Assembly: GCA_041662245.1 (NCBI GenBank)
Contig: JBAZSW010000004.1
Span: 75,454-139,453, forward strand
Length of the DNA: 64,000 nucleotides
Direction of reading: 5' to 3'
Source of the DNA: Parcubacteria group bacterium
GTDB taxonomy: Bacteria > Patescibacteriota > Minisyncoccia > Moranbacterales > UBA9337
Every line of letters begins with the position of its first letter. The stretch's first letter is position 1. A program made the translations under genes and the position numbers. The notes below the pieces were generated by a model that was not told the origin of the DNA, ran no database searches, and saw only the letters and a program-made list of their open reading frames with translations. Below are positions 9,767 to 18,704 of this stretch, piece by piece.

Positions 9767-10552
9767 TTAAGCTTTCCATCTATCATTAATCGCATTTCTA
9801 ACAGGAGCAAATGTTTTGCGGTGAATTTTACAAGGACCATTTTGTTTTAATGCTTCAATATGAATTTTAGTGCCATAACCCTTGTGTTTGGCAAATTGAT
9901 AGGCGGGATATTCTTTATCAAACTTATTCATTATCCTATCTCGCGTAACTTTGGCAATTATAGAAGCAGCTGAGATTGATTTTACTAATTTATCACCGCT
10001 AATTATTGCTTTTTGCTCTAGCGAAAAATTAGGAATCATTTTGTCCCCATCTACTAAAATTATTATTTTTTTCTGCTCTTTAATTTGAGATTTTAAATCT
10101 CCAATTGCTTTTTTCATTGCTAGAAATGTCGCCTCCAAAACATTTATTCTATCTACCGTTTCGTGATTACAAATCCCCACTCCCACATAAAAATTTTCCA
10201 TAATAAATCCAAAAACCTCCTCTCGTCTTTTCTCGCTCAATTTTTTAGAATCTCTGATTAAATCCCACATCCTTTCCTCTCCCCCTCTCCGAGGGGGAGA
10301 TGTCCGAAGGACAGAGGGGGTGTTTCCTATTTTTTTATCATTTGAATTTGATTTGAAATTTGAAATTTGAAATTTTGAATTCCGAACCACTACCGCCGCT
10401 GCCACTACTGGTCCGGCCAGCGGTCCCCTGCCTGCCTCGTCCACACCCACCACAAAATCCCAACCTTTACCAAAAAGATCTTTTTCTAATTCAAACCTGT
10501 CAATCGCAACTGACGGGTTCAAAGTAGATTCTAATTTTACTTTATTTTTCAT
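9767..10552 (-). CDS. rnhB: ribonuclease HII carrying an in-frame insertion of about 40 aa
   Basis: VVGVDEAGRGPLAGPVVAAAVVV catalytic motif and DSKKLSEKRREE; 261 aa vs about 200 typical; extra segment RNSKFQISNFKSNSNDKKIGNTPSVLRTSPPRRGGEERMW lies between these two motifs. Confidence 0.9.
   Translation of the reverse strand: MKNKVKLESTLNPSVAIDRFELEKDLFGKGWDFVVGVDEAGRGPLAGPVVAAAVVVRNSKFQISNFKSNSNDKKIGNTPSVLRTSPPRRGGEERMWDLIRDSKKLSEKRREEVFGFIMENFYVGVGICNHETVDRINVLEATFLAMKKAIGDLKSQIKEQKKIIILVDGDKMIPNFSLEQKAIISGDKLVKSISAASIIAKVTRDRIMNKFDKEYPAYQFAKHKGYGTKIHIEALKQNGPCKIHRKTFAPVRNAINDRWKA
10265..10384 (-). repeat. about 120-nt composite element inserted in-frame in rnhB: GC-rich hairpins plus a TTGAAAT tandem-repeat module
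   Basis: coding-strand hairpins GTCC-TTCG-GGAC and CTCCCCCTC-GGA-GAGGGGGAG; TTGAAAT x4; absent from E. coli and B. subtilis RNase HII at this position. Confidence 0.7.
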
Positions 10553-10783
10553 ATATTTTTAATCATATTAGCACTTTAGCATATTAGTATAAAAACAATA
10601 CAAATGTTCAATAACCAATATTCAATATAAAGATCCTAAGTCTTAAATTCCTAGCTTCCTATTATTCCTAAATTCTTTAAGTATTGCTTTTTCCACATTT
10701 TAATTATACACTTTTTAAACAACTTACAAAGTTGTAATAAAAAAAATAGTACCTCTTACCTTCAATAATATAGGAGAAACAAG

Positions 10784-11527
10784 ATGAAAAAAAGACCAAT
10801 TGGCTTTTCGACTGGAACATTCTTTAAATTCCTAGACCCCATAGTGAAAGAAGCTGTTTATTTCGTGCAAGATTTTGGATGCGACACCATTGAGATTAAC
10901 TGGCATCGCAAAGAATCTCAGCCTCCTCATAAAAATCTAGGCACATTAATTGACAAGCAATTTCAATACGTATCCCTACATTTACCCGTTAATATGTCTG
11001 ACGGTAGTGGTATTTTTAAGGCTAATGAAATTTTAAATCGAGCTTATAGATTTTTTTCTCAGTGTCACGCTTTCAGTCATGCGGTGATTCATCCAAATCT
11101 AATAGTTGATTGGGATGAATTTTATCAGATGTTTAACCACAATCTTGCATTGCCCTTGGCTATTGAAAATATGGACGATCGAAAAAAGTCCTTTAGAGAT
11201 TTACCGTCGCTGTTGGAATTTTTTAAAAAATATCCAGCTATTAGCCTAGTATTTGATGTTAATCATTGGATTATTAATGGCAACAGCGTTTCATCCATTT
11301 CCAAAACTCTCGAAGCGCTTTTTTTGGCTGGAATTAAATTGGTTGGAATTCATCTTAGCGGAGCTGGATTTCATGAACCACTTTTTAGGACTCCCCGTGC
11401 AACGGAAATTGTAAAGTCACTAAGTATACTTCCGTCAAACATTCCCATTATCATCGAAAGTATTTTTGAAAACACAAATGAGCCCGCTCAGGAATTGGCT
11501 TTTATCAAAAAATATCTAGAAATTTAA
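10784..11527 (+). CDS. xylose-isomerase-like TIM-barrel protein (sugar phosphate isomerase/epimerase family), tentative
   Basis: pattern of FSTGTF..., IEINWH, SLHLP, VIHPN, LAIENMDD, FDVNHW; no stronger match. Confidence 0.45.
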   Translation: MKKRPIGFSTGTFFKFLDPIVKEAVYFVQDFGCDTIEINWHRKESQPPHKNLGTLIDKQFQYVSLHLPVNMSDGSGIFKANEILNRAYRFFSQCHAFSHAVIHPNLIVDWDEFYQMFNHNLALPLAIENMDDRKKSFRDLPSLLEFFKKYPAISLVFDVNHWIINGNSVSSISKTLEALFLAGIKLVGIHLSGAGFHEPLFRTPRATEIVKSLSILPSNIPIIIESIFENTNEPAQELAFIKKYLEI

Positions 11528-11550
11528 TATTCACTAGGAGGGACACTCCC

Positions 11551-11853
11551 ATGCAGAAATATTATATCGCATTAATAATATCAAAAGAGCCCATTAATCT
11601 TCCTGAGGATTTATTAAAAGGTAAGGGCATTAGACATTTAATAGCCGAAGAATTTGAGGTAGGAGAAGATATCATATCCGACCCAACCAACGAAGACTAT
11701 TGGCAAATCAAAAAATCTGCCCCAAAGCATTGTGGCGGGATAAATCAACTGCACTATGGAAATGGATTAACAATTTCAGTGGCCATATTAAATTGGCTCA
11801 AAAATCTTTGTGCTTCCACTGCCTATAATCCGTTCTACTTTCAAAAAAGTTGA
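11551..11853 (+). CDS. hypothetical protein
   Basis: strong SD AGGAGGGA upstream; no recognisable domain. Confidence 0.35.
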   Translation: MQKYYIALIISKEPINLPEDLLKGKGIRHLIAEEFEVGEDIISDPTNEDYWQIKKSAPKHCGGINQLHYGNGLTISVAILNWLKNLCASTAYNPFYFQKS

Positions 11854-11880
11854 GTAAATATTATTCTTTTTTCTAAAAAA

Positions 11881-11922
11881 GTGGGCAAAAGACGAAGTCT
11901 TTTGCCCACTTATTTTATTTAT
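11881..11922 (+). terminator. rho-independent terminator
   Basis: perfect 13-bp stem GTGGGCAAAAGAC / GTCTTTTGCCCAC, loop GAA, then TTATTTTATTTAT. Confidence 0.75.
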
Positions 11923-12260
11923 TACCAACTCTTCAAAAAACAAACTCACCGTCTTCTCACGGCCATGAAAAGACTGTGAATTTAATTTTCTAAATTAATA
12001 TATGATCAAATTTGTATTTATTTGTAATTTCGTATGAGTTCGCCCGCCTGCAACGCTGTAGCACTGCGAACAGGTATTTTGTAGAGAACACCCCTTTTCA
12101 ATTCAAGTATTCCATGCTACAATAATTTTGTTAAATAAAAGTTAATTCTAACTTGCAAAAGCCACAGAGCAATCGGGCGTATGAAGATAGAATAAATAAA
12201 TGTTTACGTTTTATAAAAAATTATATCTCAAACCCTGCTTTTTTAAAGTTGAGGTTTTTA

Positions 12261-12295
12261 ATTTTTCACAAAAATAAAATATTTTTGTGAAAAAT
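12261..12295. promoter_or_regulatory. perfect palindrome, 15-bp arms and 5-nt spacer, about 235 bp upstream of dnaE; candidate operator
   Basis: ATTTTTCACAAAAAT-AAAAT-ATTTTTGTGAAAAAT. Confidence 0.5.
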
Positions 12296-12450
12296 TATCC
12301 CGCCCAAAACCTTAACTAACTAATCGAGCTGGTAGAAAATAAGCCGAAGGCGATTTAGAGAACAGCCTATCTGCAAACTCCGGCTGACCCTGGGTTTTGT
12401 TGCGGGATATTTTTCGCTCTAAATTGCAAGGAATAAACCCCTCCCCAACC

Positions 12451-12493
12451 CCTGCCTACCGGCAGGCAGGCTTCCCTTGCTAAGGGCAAGGGG
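12451..12493 (+). promoter_or_regulatory. two adjacent GC-rich hairpins in the dnaE leader
   Basis: CCTGCC-TACC-GGCAGG and CCCTTGC-TAAG-GGCAAGGG, 36 nt before the dnaE ATG in a 30% GC context. Confidence 0.45.
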
Positions 12494-12528
12494 TCAAGAA
12501 GAATAAAATTATTATAATCAAAAAAATT

Positions 12529-15500
12529 ATGGAAAACGACCCTCAAACAATCAAACCTACTAATAAATTTACTCATCTTCATGTTCATAGTCACTATTCA
12601 TTACTGGATGGGCTAGCTAAAATTGATGATCTTCTAAAAAGAGCTAAGGAATTAGGCATGGACTCGCTAGCACTGACCGATCACGGAGTGATGTATGGAA
12701 TTGTAGAATTTTTTATTAAAGCCAAAGAAGCAGGCATTAAACCCATTATTGGTTGTGAAATGTATCTTACTCCCGCTAGTCGTACCAGCAAAAATAACAC
12801 CGCTGAAGATAAAACTCGTTATCATTTAACTCTCTTGGTTAAGAATGAAAAAGGCTACAAAAACTTAATGAAATTAGTTTCCGTTGCTCATCTGGAAGGT
12901 TTTTATTATAAACCTCGTATTGATAAAGAAATTTTAGAAAAATACTGCGAAGGATTAATTTGTATGAGTGGTTGTGTCCAAGGAGAAATTCCTCAAACTA
13001 TTATTAAAAAAACATATGAAGAAGCCAAGGAAATAGCTCTTTGGTATGATAAAATTTTTGGTCGAGGAAATTTCTATATGGAGTTGCAACACCATCCAGG
13101 ACAAGCTGATCAAAAGTTTGCTAATGGAGGTATGATTCAAATATCCAAAGAAACTGGCATCCCTGTAGTCGCCACAGGAGATATTCATTATACCAAAGCG
13201 GAAGATGCTGAAACTCAAGACATCCTTCTTTGTATTCAGATGAATAGAAAGGTTCATGAAAAAAACAGACTGAGCTTAATGGACTTTCATCTCTATATGA
13301 AATCACCCGAAGAGATGGAGGAATTTTTTAAAGATGTTCCCAATGCCGTTAGCAACACCCAAGAAATAGTAGCTAAATGTAATTATGATATTCCCTTGGG
13401 AGAAATTCAACTTCCTTATTTTGAAGTACCCAAAGAGTTCGATGATAAAAGCTACTTGAGATATTTGACCCAAAAGGGTCTTGAAGAAAAATTTGGAGAC
13501 AAAATTACTGACAAGCACCGCGAAAGAATGGAATACGAACTTTCCATTATTGAAAAAATGGGATATTCTCCCTACTTTTTAATCGTTCAAGATTTTGTTA
13601 ACTGGGCTAAACAGCAAGGAATCGTGGTGGGTCCCGGAAGAGGAAGCGCAGCAGGAAGCTTCGTTTCTTATTTGGTGGGAATTACCAATCTTGATCCAAT
13701 TAAATATGATTTGCTTTTTGAAAGATTCCTAAATCCCGAAAGAGTTTCGATGCCTGATGTTGATATGGATTTCGCTGATGATAGGCGCGACGAAGTTTTA
13801 GATTATGTGAGAAAAAAATATGGTGATGATCATGTGGCTCAAATTATTACTTTTGGAACAATGGCGGCTCGTGCAGCCATTCGCGATGCAGGACGTGCTT
13901 TGGATTATCCTTATGACTATTGCGATAAAACAGCCAAGATGATTCCTATGTTTTCCACTATCGCCGAAGCATTAGAGGATGTGCCAGAATTTAGTAATTT
14001 TTATAATTCAGATAAAGATGCTAAAAAATTAATTGATAGTGCTAAAAATTTAGAAGGAGTTTGTCGACATGCTTCTATGCATGCTTGTGGAGTAGTAATT
14101 ACCAAAGAGCCTGTTACTAATTATTCTCCCCTTCAAAAAATTATTGGCAAAGAAGATGGAGTAGTAACTCAATATTCTTCTTCAACTAAAAGTAGCTACG
14201 TGGAAAAAATTGGCCTACTCAAAATGGACTTTTTGGGACTAAAAAATTTAACCATCATTCAAAATGCTATCAACATTATTGAAAAAACCAAAGGAGTTAA
14301 AATAAATATTGATGATATCCCTCTAGATGATGAGGCTACTTATAAACTATTGCAAGCTGCTCATACCACAGGAGTATTCCAGTTGGAATCCTCAGGCATG
14401 AAGCGTTATTTAAAACAACTCAAACCCAACAATCTCGAAGATGTAATTGCAATGGTGGCATTATATCGTCCCGGACCAATGGACTGGATTCCTGATTTTA
14501 TTGACAGAAAGCACGGACGAAAAAGGATTGAATACATTCATCCTAAATTGGAACCCATCTTAAATAAAACTTATGGAGTAGCTGTTTATCAAGAACAAGT
14601 GATGCAAATGGCTCAAAGCTTAGCAGGTTATTCCTTAGGGGGTGCTGATATGCTCAGGAAAGCGATGGGTAAAAAAATTCCCGAATTAATTCAGAAAGAA
14701 AAAATTAAATTCATTGATGGAGCTGTACAAAACGGAGTTAACAGAAAAGATGCCGAAAAAATATTTGCCTTTATTGAGCCTTTTGCAGGCTACGGATTTA
14801 ATCGTAGTCATGCCGCTTGTTATGCTCTTGTTGGTTACCAAACGGCTTATCTCAAAGCCCATTATCCAGCGGAATTCATGGCTGCTTTAATGACCTCTGA
14901 CCAAGGCAACATCGAAAGAATCGCTATTGAAGTGGAGGAATCTCAAGATATTGGAATTGCAGTTTTACCACCTAACGTTAATGAAAGTTTTGGGGAATTT
15001 GCCGTAATTAAAAGTGAAAATGACAAAGTAAATATTCGCTTTGGTTTGAAAGCTATTAAAAATGTAGGCCATACTGTGGCTGATGAAATTGTTAAAGAAA
15101 GAAAACGAAATGGAAAATACAAATCCTTGGCCGATTTCTTAGAAAGAGTTATTACAAAAGATTTAAACAAAAAATCTATTGAAGCATTGGCTAAAGTGGG
15201 TGCGTTAGATGATTTAGGGGAAAGAAACCAAATTATCGAAAACATTGAAATTATCTTGAATTTTTCCAAAAGTATTCAAAAAATAAACAATGCCAATCAA
15301 GATAATCTTTTTGGCGCAATGGAAATAAAAACTCCTGCCATCAAATTAGCGCTAACGATTCCCGCTACCAAAAATCAAAGGTTACATTGGGAAAAGGAGC
15401 TTTTAGGATTGTATGTTTCTGATCATCCTATTTCTGAATACAAATATTTTTTTGAAAAAATGACCACTCCAATTTCATCACTAGATAATTCCATGGTTGG

Positions 15501-16035
15501 CAAAAGTGTTAAGGTAGGAGGAGTAATTACTAAAGTACAAAGAATCATGACCAAGCGAAAGCAAAACATGGCTTTTGTCACCATTGAAGATTTAAGAGGG
15601 AGAATCGAGCTTTTGGTTTTTCCTTTTGTCCTAGAAACCACGGGAGCGGTTTGGCAAGAAGAAAAAATAATTTTAGCTGATGGAAAATTATCCGATAAAG
15701 ATGGCTCATTTAAATTAATTGTTGATGATGCTAAAGTGGTTGATGATGCCGAGATGAATAAATTTAAAAGAATCTTAGTTACTCAAGAAAAAAATAATCG
15801 TCCGATTTCTCAAATTGACGTCTCTAAAATGATTATCACTTTTCCTAAATCTGCCAGCAAAAGCACCATAGGCAGACTTTCTAAATTATTCGATTCTTGC
15901 ACATTAGGGAAAACTTTGATTTTCCTTTATATTAACGGCACTAAAATACAAACCAACTACAGCTTGCAACTAGACGATGCCTTGATGGAAAAAATAAAAG
16001 AAATTATCCCCAAAGGAGAATTTAAAATGGAATAA
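12529..16035 (+). CDS. dnaE: DNA polymerase III alpha subunit
   Basis: PHP domain HLHVHSHYSLLDGLAKIDDL; polymerase core; OB-fold near the C-terminus. Confidence 0.95.
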   Translation: MENDPQTIKPTNKFTHLHVHSHYSLLDGLAKIDDLLKRAKELGMDSLALTDHGVMYGIVEFFIKAKEAGIKPIIGCEMYLTPASRTSKNNTAEDKTRYHLTLLVKNEKGYKNLMKLVSVAHLEGFYYKPRIDKEILEKYCEGLICMSGCVQGEIPQTIIKKTYEEAKEIALWYDKIFGRGNFYMELQHHPGQADQKFANGGMIQISKETGIPVVATGDIHYTKAEDAETQDILLCIQMNRKVHEKNRLSLMDFHLYMKSPEEMEEFFKDVPNAVSNTQEIVAKCNYDIPLGEIQLPYFEVPKEFDDKSYLRYLTQKGLEEKFGDKITDKHRERMEYELSIIEKMGYSPYFLIVQDFVNWAKQQGIVVGPGRGSAAGSFVSYLVGITNLDPIKYDLLFERFLNPERVSMPDVDMDFADDRRDEVLDYVRKKYGDDHVAQIITFGTMAARAAIRDAGRALDYPYDYCDKTAKMIPMFSTIAEALEDVPEFSNFYNSDKDAKKLIDSAKNLEGVCRHASMHACGVVITKEPVTNYSPLQKIIGKEDGVVTQYSSSTKSSYVEKIGLLKMDFLGLKNLTIIQNAINIIEKTKGVKINIDDIPLDDEATYKLLQAAHTTGVFQLESSGMKRYLKQLKPNNLEDVIAMVALYRPGPMDWIPDFIDRKHGRKRIEYIHPKLEPILNKTYGVAVYQEQVMQMAQSLAGYSLGGADMLRKAMGKKIPELIQKEKIKFIDGAVQNGVNRKDAEKIFAFIEPFAGYGFNRSHAACYALVGYQTAYLKAHYPAEFMAALMTSDQGNIERIAIEVEESQDIGIAVLPPNVNESFGEFAVIKSENDKVNIRFGLKAIKNVGHTVADEIVKERKRNGKYKSLADFLERVITKDLNKKSIEALAKVGALDDLGERNQIIENIEIILNFSKSIQKINNANQDNLFGAMEIKTPAIKLALTIPATKNQRLHWEKELLGLYVSDHPISEYKYFFEKMTTPISSLDNSMVGKSVKVGGVITKVQRIMTKRKQNMAFVTIEDLRGRIELLVFPFVLETTGAVWQEEKIILADGKLSDKDGSFKLIVDDAKVVDDAEMNKFKRILVTQEKNNRPISQIDVSKMIITFPKSASKSTIGRLSKLFDSCTLGKTLIFLYINGTKIQTNYSLQLDDALMEKIKEIIPKGEFKME

Positions 16036-16043
16036 AATTAAAT

Positions 16044-16069
16044 TCCGAGCGCCCAATTGGGCGCTCGGA
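16044..16069. terminator. perfect 11-bp palindromic hairpin between convergent dnaE and HAD gene
   Basis: TCCGAGCGCCC-AATT-GGGCGCTCGGA; U-run present on minus-strand side. Confidence 0.65.
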
Positions 16070-16087
16070 GATTAAAACTGACAAAGA

Positions 16088-16780
16088 CTATTTATTAAAA
16101 TATTCAATCACTTTTCTAAAGTCATCTGCGATTAAATCTGCTTTTTGAATAACTTTCTCACGAGATATATTTTCTGTATAAGCGATAAATTTACCCACAA
16201 CACCAAATTCCTTAGTTTGATAATCTGTCCATCCATCCCCCACCATAATCAATTCTCCCTCTAAATTGAGAATTTTTATTTGATTAACTTTACCATTGTC
16301 CTGAGCCATTAAATTTTTGCCATTGACTCCGATTAAATTATTCCTATTGTCAAAGATAAATTCATTAGCTAAAATATTTTTTTCAGGAATACCTAGTAGA
16401 TTGATCGTTGGTAAAATTAGATCTTTAAACCCTCCTGAAATAATAAAAATATTTTCTTTATTATTTTTAAAAAAATCTAGATTATCTAAAACTGAACATG
16501 ATAGTTCTCTTTGAATAAAATCCGCTACTTCCGAAACAGTTTTTTTATTCGTTTTAATTAATTCAATTCTCCTTCTTAAAGATTCTGGAAAAGAAATTTC
16601 TCCGTTCATTCCAGATTGAGTTATCTCTTTAATTTTACTAACTATTTCATCTTTATTTTTATTTTCTATTAAAGCTATCTCCGCTAGCAGATCTAGCGTT
16701 TCGATTTTTACGAGTGTACTATCGAAATCAATGATTAATTTTTTCATATTTAAGAAAGTAGACAATCTTATAACCCCCAT
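16088..16780 (-). CDS. HAD-superfamily hydrolase, phosphoserine phosphatase-like
   Basis: motif I DFDSTL; C-terminal GDGWTD. Confidence 0.7.
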   Translation of the reverse strand: MGVIRLSTFLNMKKLIIDFDSTLVKIETLDLLAEIALIENKNKDEIVSKIKEITQSGMNGEISFPESLRRRIELIKTNKKTVSEVADFIQRELSCSVLDNLDFFKNNKENIFIISGGFKDLILPTINLLGIPEKNILANEFIFDNRNNLIGVNGKNLMAQDNGKVNQIKILNLEGELIMVGDGWTDYQTKEFGVVGKFIAYTENISREKVIQKADLIADDFRKVIEYFNK

Positions 16781-16808
16781 AATTCAAGGCGTCTCTCGAA
16801 GCAAAAAG

Positions 16809-18704
16809 CTATTTTTTTATAAAATCTAAAATTGTTTTCTTTATATTCTCTTCACTAAGCCCAGCCTCGGTTAAAACTTCTTCACGCGAGCCATGTGCCA
16901 AAAATGTATCTGGCAAACCTAAATTTTTAATCAAAACTTCTATTTTATTATCTAAGAAAAATTCATTTACTGCGCTTCCTGCCCCTGCTAACACTGCATT
17001 ATCTTCGACGGTAATAAAATATCTATGATTGATGGAAAGTTTTTTTAAAAGTTTTCCATCTAGAGGCTTTATGAAACGCATATCCACCAAAGTTGCTCCC
17101 ATTTCCTTAGCTATCTTTTCACATCTCCCCAGCATTGTTCCAAAAGATAAAATGGCAATATTTTTTCTAGTCTTTATGACATTGGCTTTCCCTATTATTA
17201 TTTTAGCTTCTATCTTTTTGGAATATTTTTTTAAAACTCCTCCTCGAGGATAACGCACAATAGATGGTCCCTTATGAATGTAAGCAGTCTCCAGCATCGC
17301 ATAACACTCATTTTCATCCGCAGGTGCCATAATTATTATGTTGGGAATCAGGCGCGCAAAAGATAAATCAAAACTTCCATTGTGAGTAGCTCCATCCTCC
17401 CCTACAATACCTGCTCTATCCACCACGAAAAGAACATCTAAATTTTGCAAAGCTACATCATGGATTAATTGATCATAAGCGCGTTGCAAAAAAGAAGAAT
17501 AAATAGCTACTACCGGCTTCTTACCTGCACTCGCCAATCCTGCTGCAAAAGTTACTGCATGTTGTTCGGCAATTCCCACATCGTGATAACGTAAATTAAA
17601 TTTTTTAGAAAACTCACTTAATCCTGAACCTTCACACATAGCAGGAGTAATGGCATGTAAATTTTTATCAACTTTAGCTTTGTCGCAAATCCAATCCGAA
17701 AAAACTTTAGCAAAACTTAATTTATTTTTGGCAGTTAATATCTTTTTGCCTGTTACAGGATCAAATGGTTTTACGGCGTGCAATGAAAAACAATCCTTTT
17801 CTGCAGGAGCGTACCCTTTGCCTTTAGTAGTTATGATATGCAAAAATTTTGGACCTTTTATTTTTTTTAAATTTTCTAAAACCTCTATTAAATTTTCTAC
17901 ATCATGCCCATCAATTGGACCAAAATAATTAAAGCCCAACTCTTCGAAAAGAGTCCCTGGAATGATCATCCCCTTGGTATAAAGCTCTGCTCTTCGCACA
18001 AATTCTTGAATGGTAGGAACTCGCTTTAAAAAATCTCTTCCTTTTTTTCTCAAACTCGTATAAGAGGGGGAAGAAATAAGACGAGTTAAATATTTTCCCA
18101 TCCCCCCTACATTAGGAGAAATAGACATCTTGTTGTCATTTAGAATTACTAGGATATCTGCATTAATATCCCCCGCATGATTGAGCGCCTCCATTGCCAT
18201 TCCTCCTGTTAACGCACCATCTCCAATTACTGCCACGACCTGAGGTGGTTTTTTTTTATTTTTATAAGCTACCGACAAGCCAGTAATTACACTGATTGAA
18301 TTACTAGAATGACCTACACTAAAAGCATCGTATTCACTTTCTTCTCTTTTAGGGAAAGGAGCCAATCCATTTTTTTTTCGAATAGTGTGCATCTTGTCTT
18401 TTCTACCTGTGATTATTTTATGAGGATAAGATTGATGTCCCACATCCCAGATTAATAGATCCCGAGGAGTATCAAAAACTCGATGCAACGCTACTGTAAG
18501 CTCCACAACTCCCAAATTTGAACCAAAATGACCGCCAGTTTTTGCGACACTTTTTACTAGAAAGTTGCGAATATCATCACATAAAAAAACTAAATCTCTT
18601 TTAGAAAGTTTTTTTAGATCATTGGGAAGATTGATTTTTTCTAATATTTTTTTGGTTTTGTTTTTCTTCATAAAAAAATCATTTAATAAAATATAAAATG
18701 CCAC
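16809..18704 (-). CDS. dxs: 1-deoxy-D-xylulose-5-phosphate synthase. True start is probably the internal Met at about 18671, because the ORF-track start overlaps the mntH stop by 26 nt
   Basis: TPP-binding GGHFGSNLGVVELTVALH and GDGALTGGMAMEALN. Confidence 0.93.
   Translation of the reverse strand: MAFYILLNDFFMKKNKTKKILEKINLPNDLKKLSKRDLVFLCDDIRNFLVKSVAKTGGHFGSNLGVVELTVALHRVFDTPRDLLIWDVGHQSYPHKIITGRKDKMHTIRKKNGLAPFPKREESEYDAFSVGHSSNSISVITGLSVAYKNKKKPPQVVAVIGDGALTGGMAMEALNHAGDINADILVILNDNKMSISPNVGGMGKYLTRLISSPSYTSLRKKGRDFLKRVPTIQEFVRRAELYTKGMIIPGTLFEELGFNYFGPIDGHDVENLIEVLENLKKIKGPKFLHIITTKGKGYAPAEKDCFSLHAVKPFDPVTGKKILTAKNKLSFAKVFSDWICDKAKVDKNLHAITPAMCEGSGLSEFSKKFNLRYHDVGIAEQHAVTFAAGLASAGKKPVVAIYSSFLQRAYDQLIHDVALQNLDVLFVVDRAGIVGEDGATHNGSFDLSFARLIPNIIIMAPADENECYAMLETAYIHKGPSIVRYPRGGVLKKYSKKIEAKIIIGKANVIKTRKNIAILSFGTMLGRCEKIAKEMGATLVDMRFIKPLDGKLLKKLSINHRYFITVEDNAVLAGAGSAVNEFFLDNKIEVLIKNLGLPDTFLAHGSREEVLTEAGLSEENIKKTILDFIKK

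Noticed and set aside
10336-10384. TTGAAAT tandem repeats considered as a possible CRISPR array
   Set aside because: Units are 7 nt with no unique spacers of regular length, and no cas genes in the window. This is a simple tandem or dispersed repeat, not CRISPR.
10400-10445. GC-rich CCTGCCTGCC stretch in rnhB initially suspected to be part of the insertion
   Set aside because: It encodes the conserved catalytic DEAGRGPLAGP motif (Gly, Ala, Pro and Arg codons are inherently GC-rich). The insertion proper is 10265-10384.
11854-12528. Possibility that the long spacer before dnaE is oriC or holds RNase P, tmRNA or SRP RNA
   Set aside because: No DnaA boxes (TTATCCACA-like) and no dnaA or dnaN nearby. 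The conserved RNase P (AGGAAAGTCCGGGCTCC), tmRNA (tRNA-like 3' end with CCA) and SRP (GTCAGGTCCGGAAGGAAGCAGC) signatures are not found by eye. An unclassified ncRNA is still possible.
12367-12594. 75-aa minus-strand ORF overlapping the dnaE start
   Set aside because: It is composed of the GC-rich hairpin DNA of the dnaE leader and overlaps the dnaE start. No RBS, and the translation is junk-like.
18679-18704. 26-nt overlap between the mntH stop and the ORF-track start of dxs
   Set aside because: This is not a real overlap of functional coding. dxs most likely initiates at the internal Met (MKKNKTKKI, about 18671), giving a normal short spacer.
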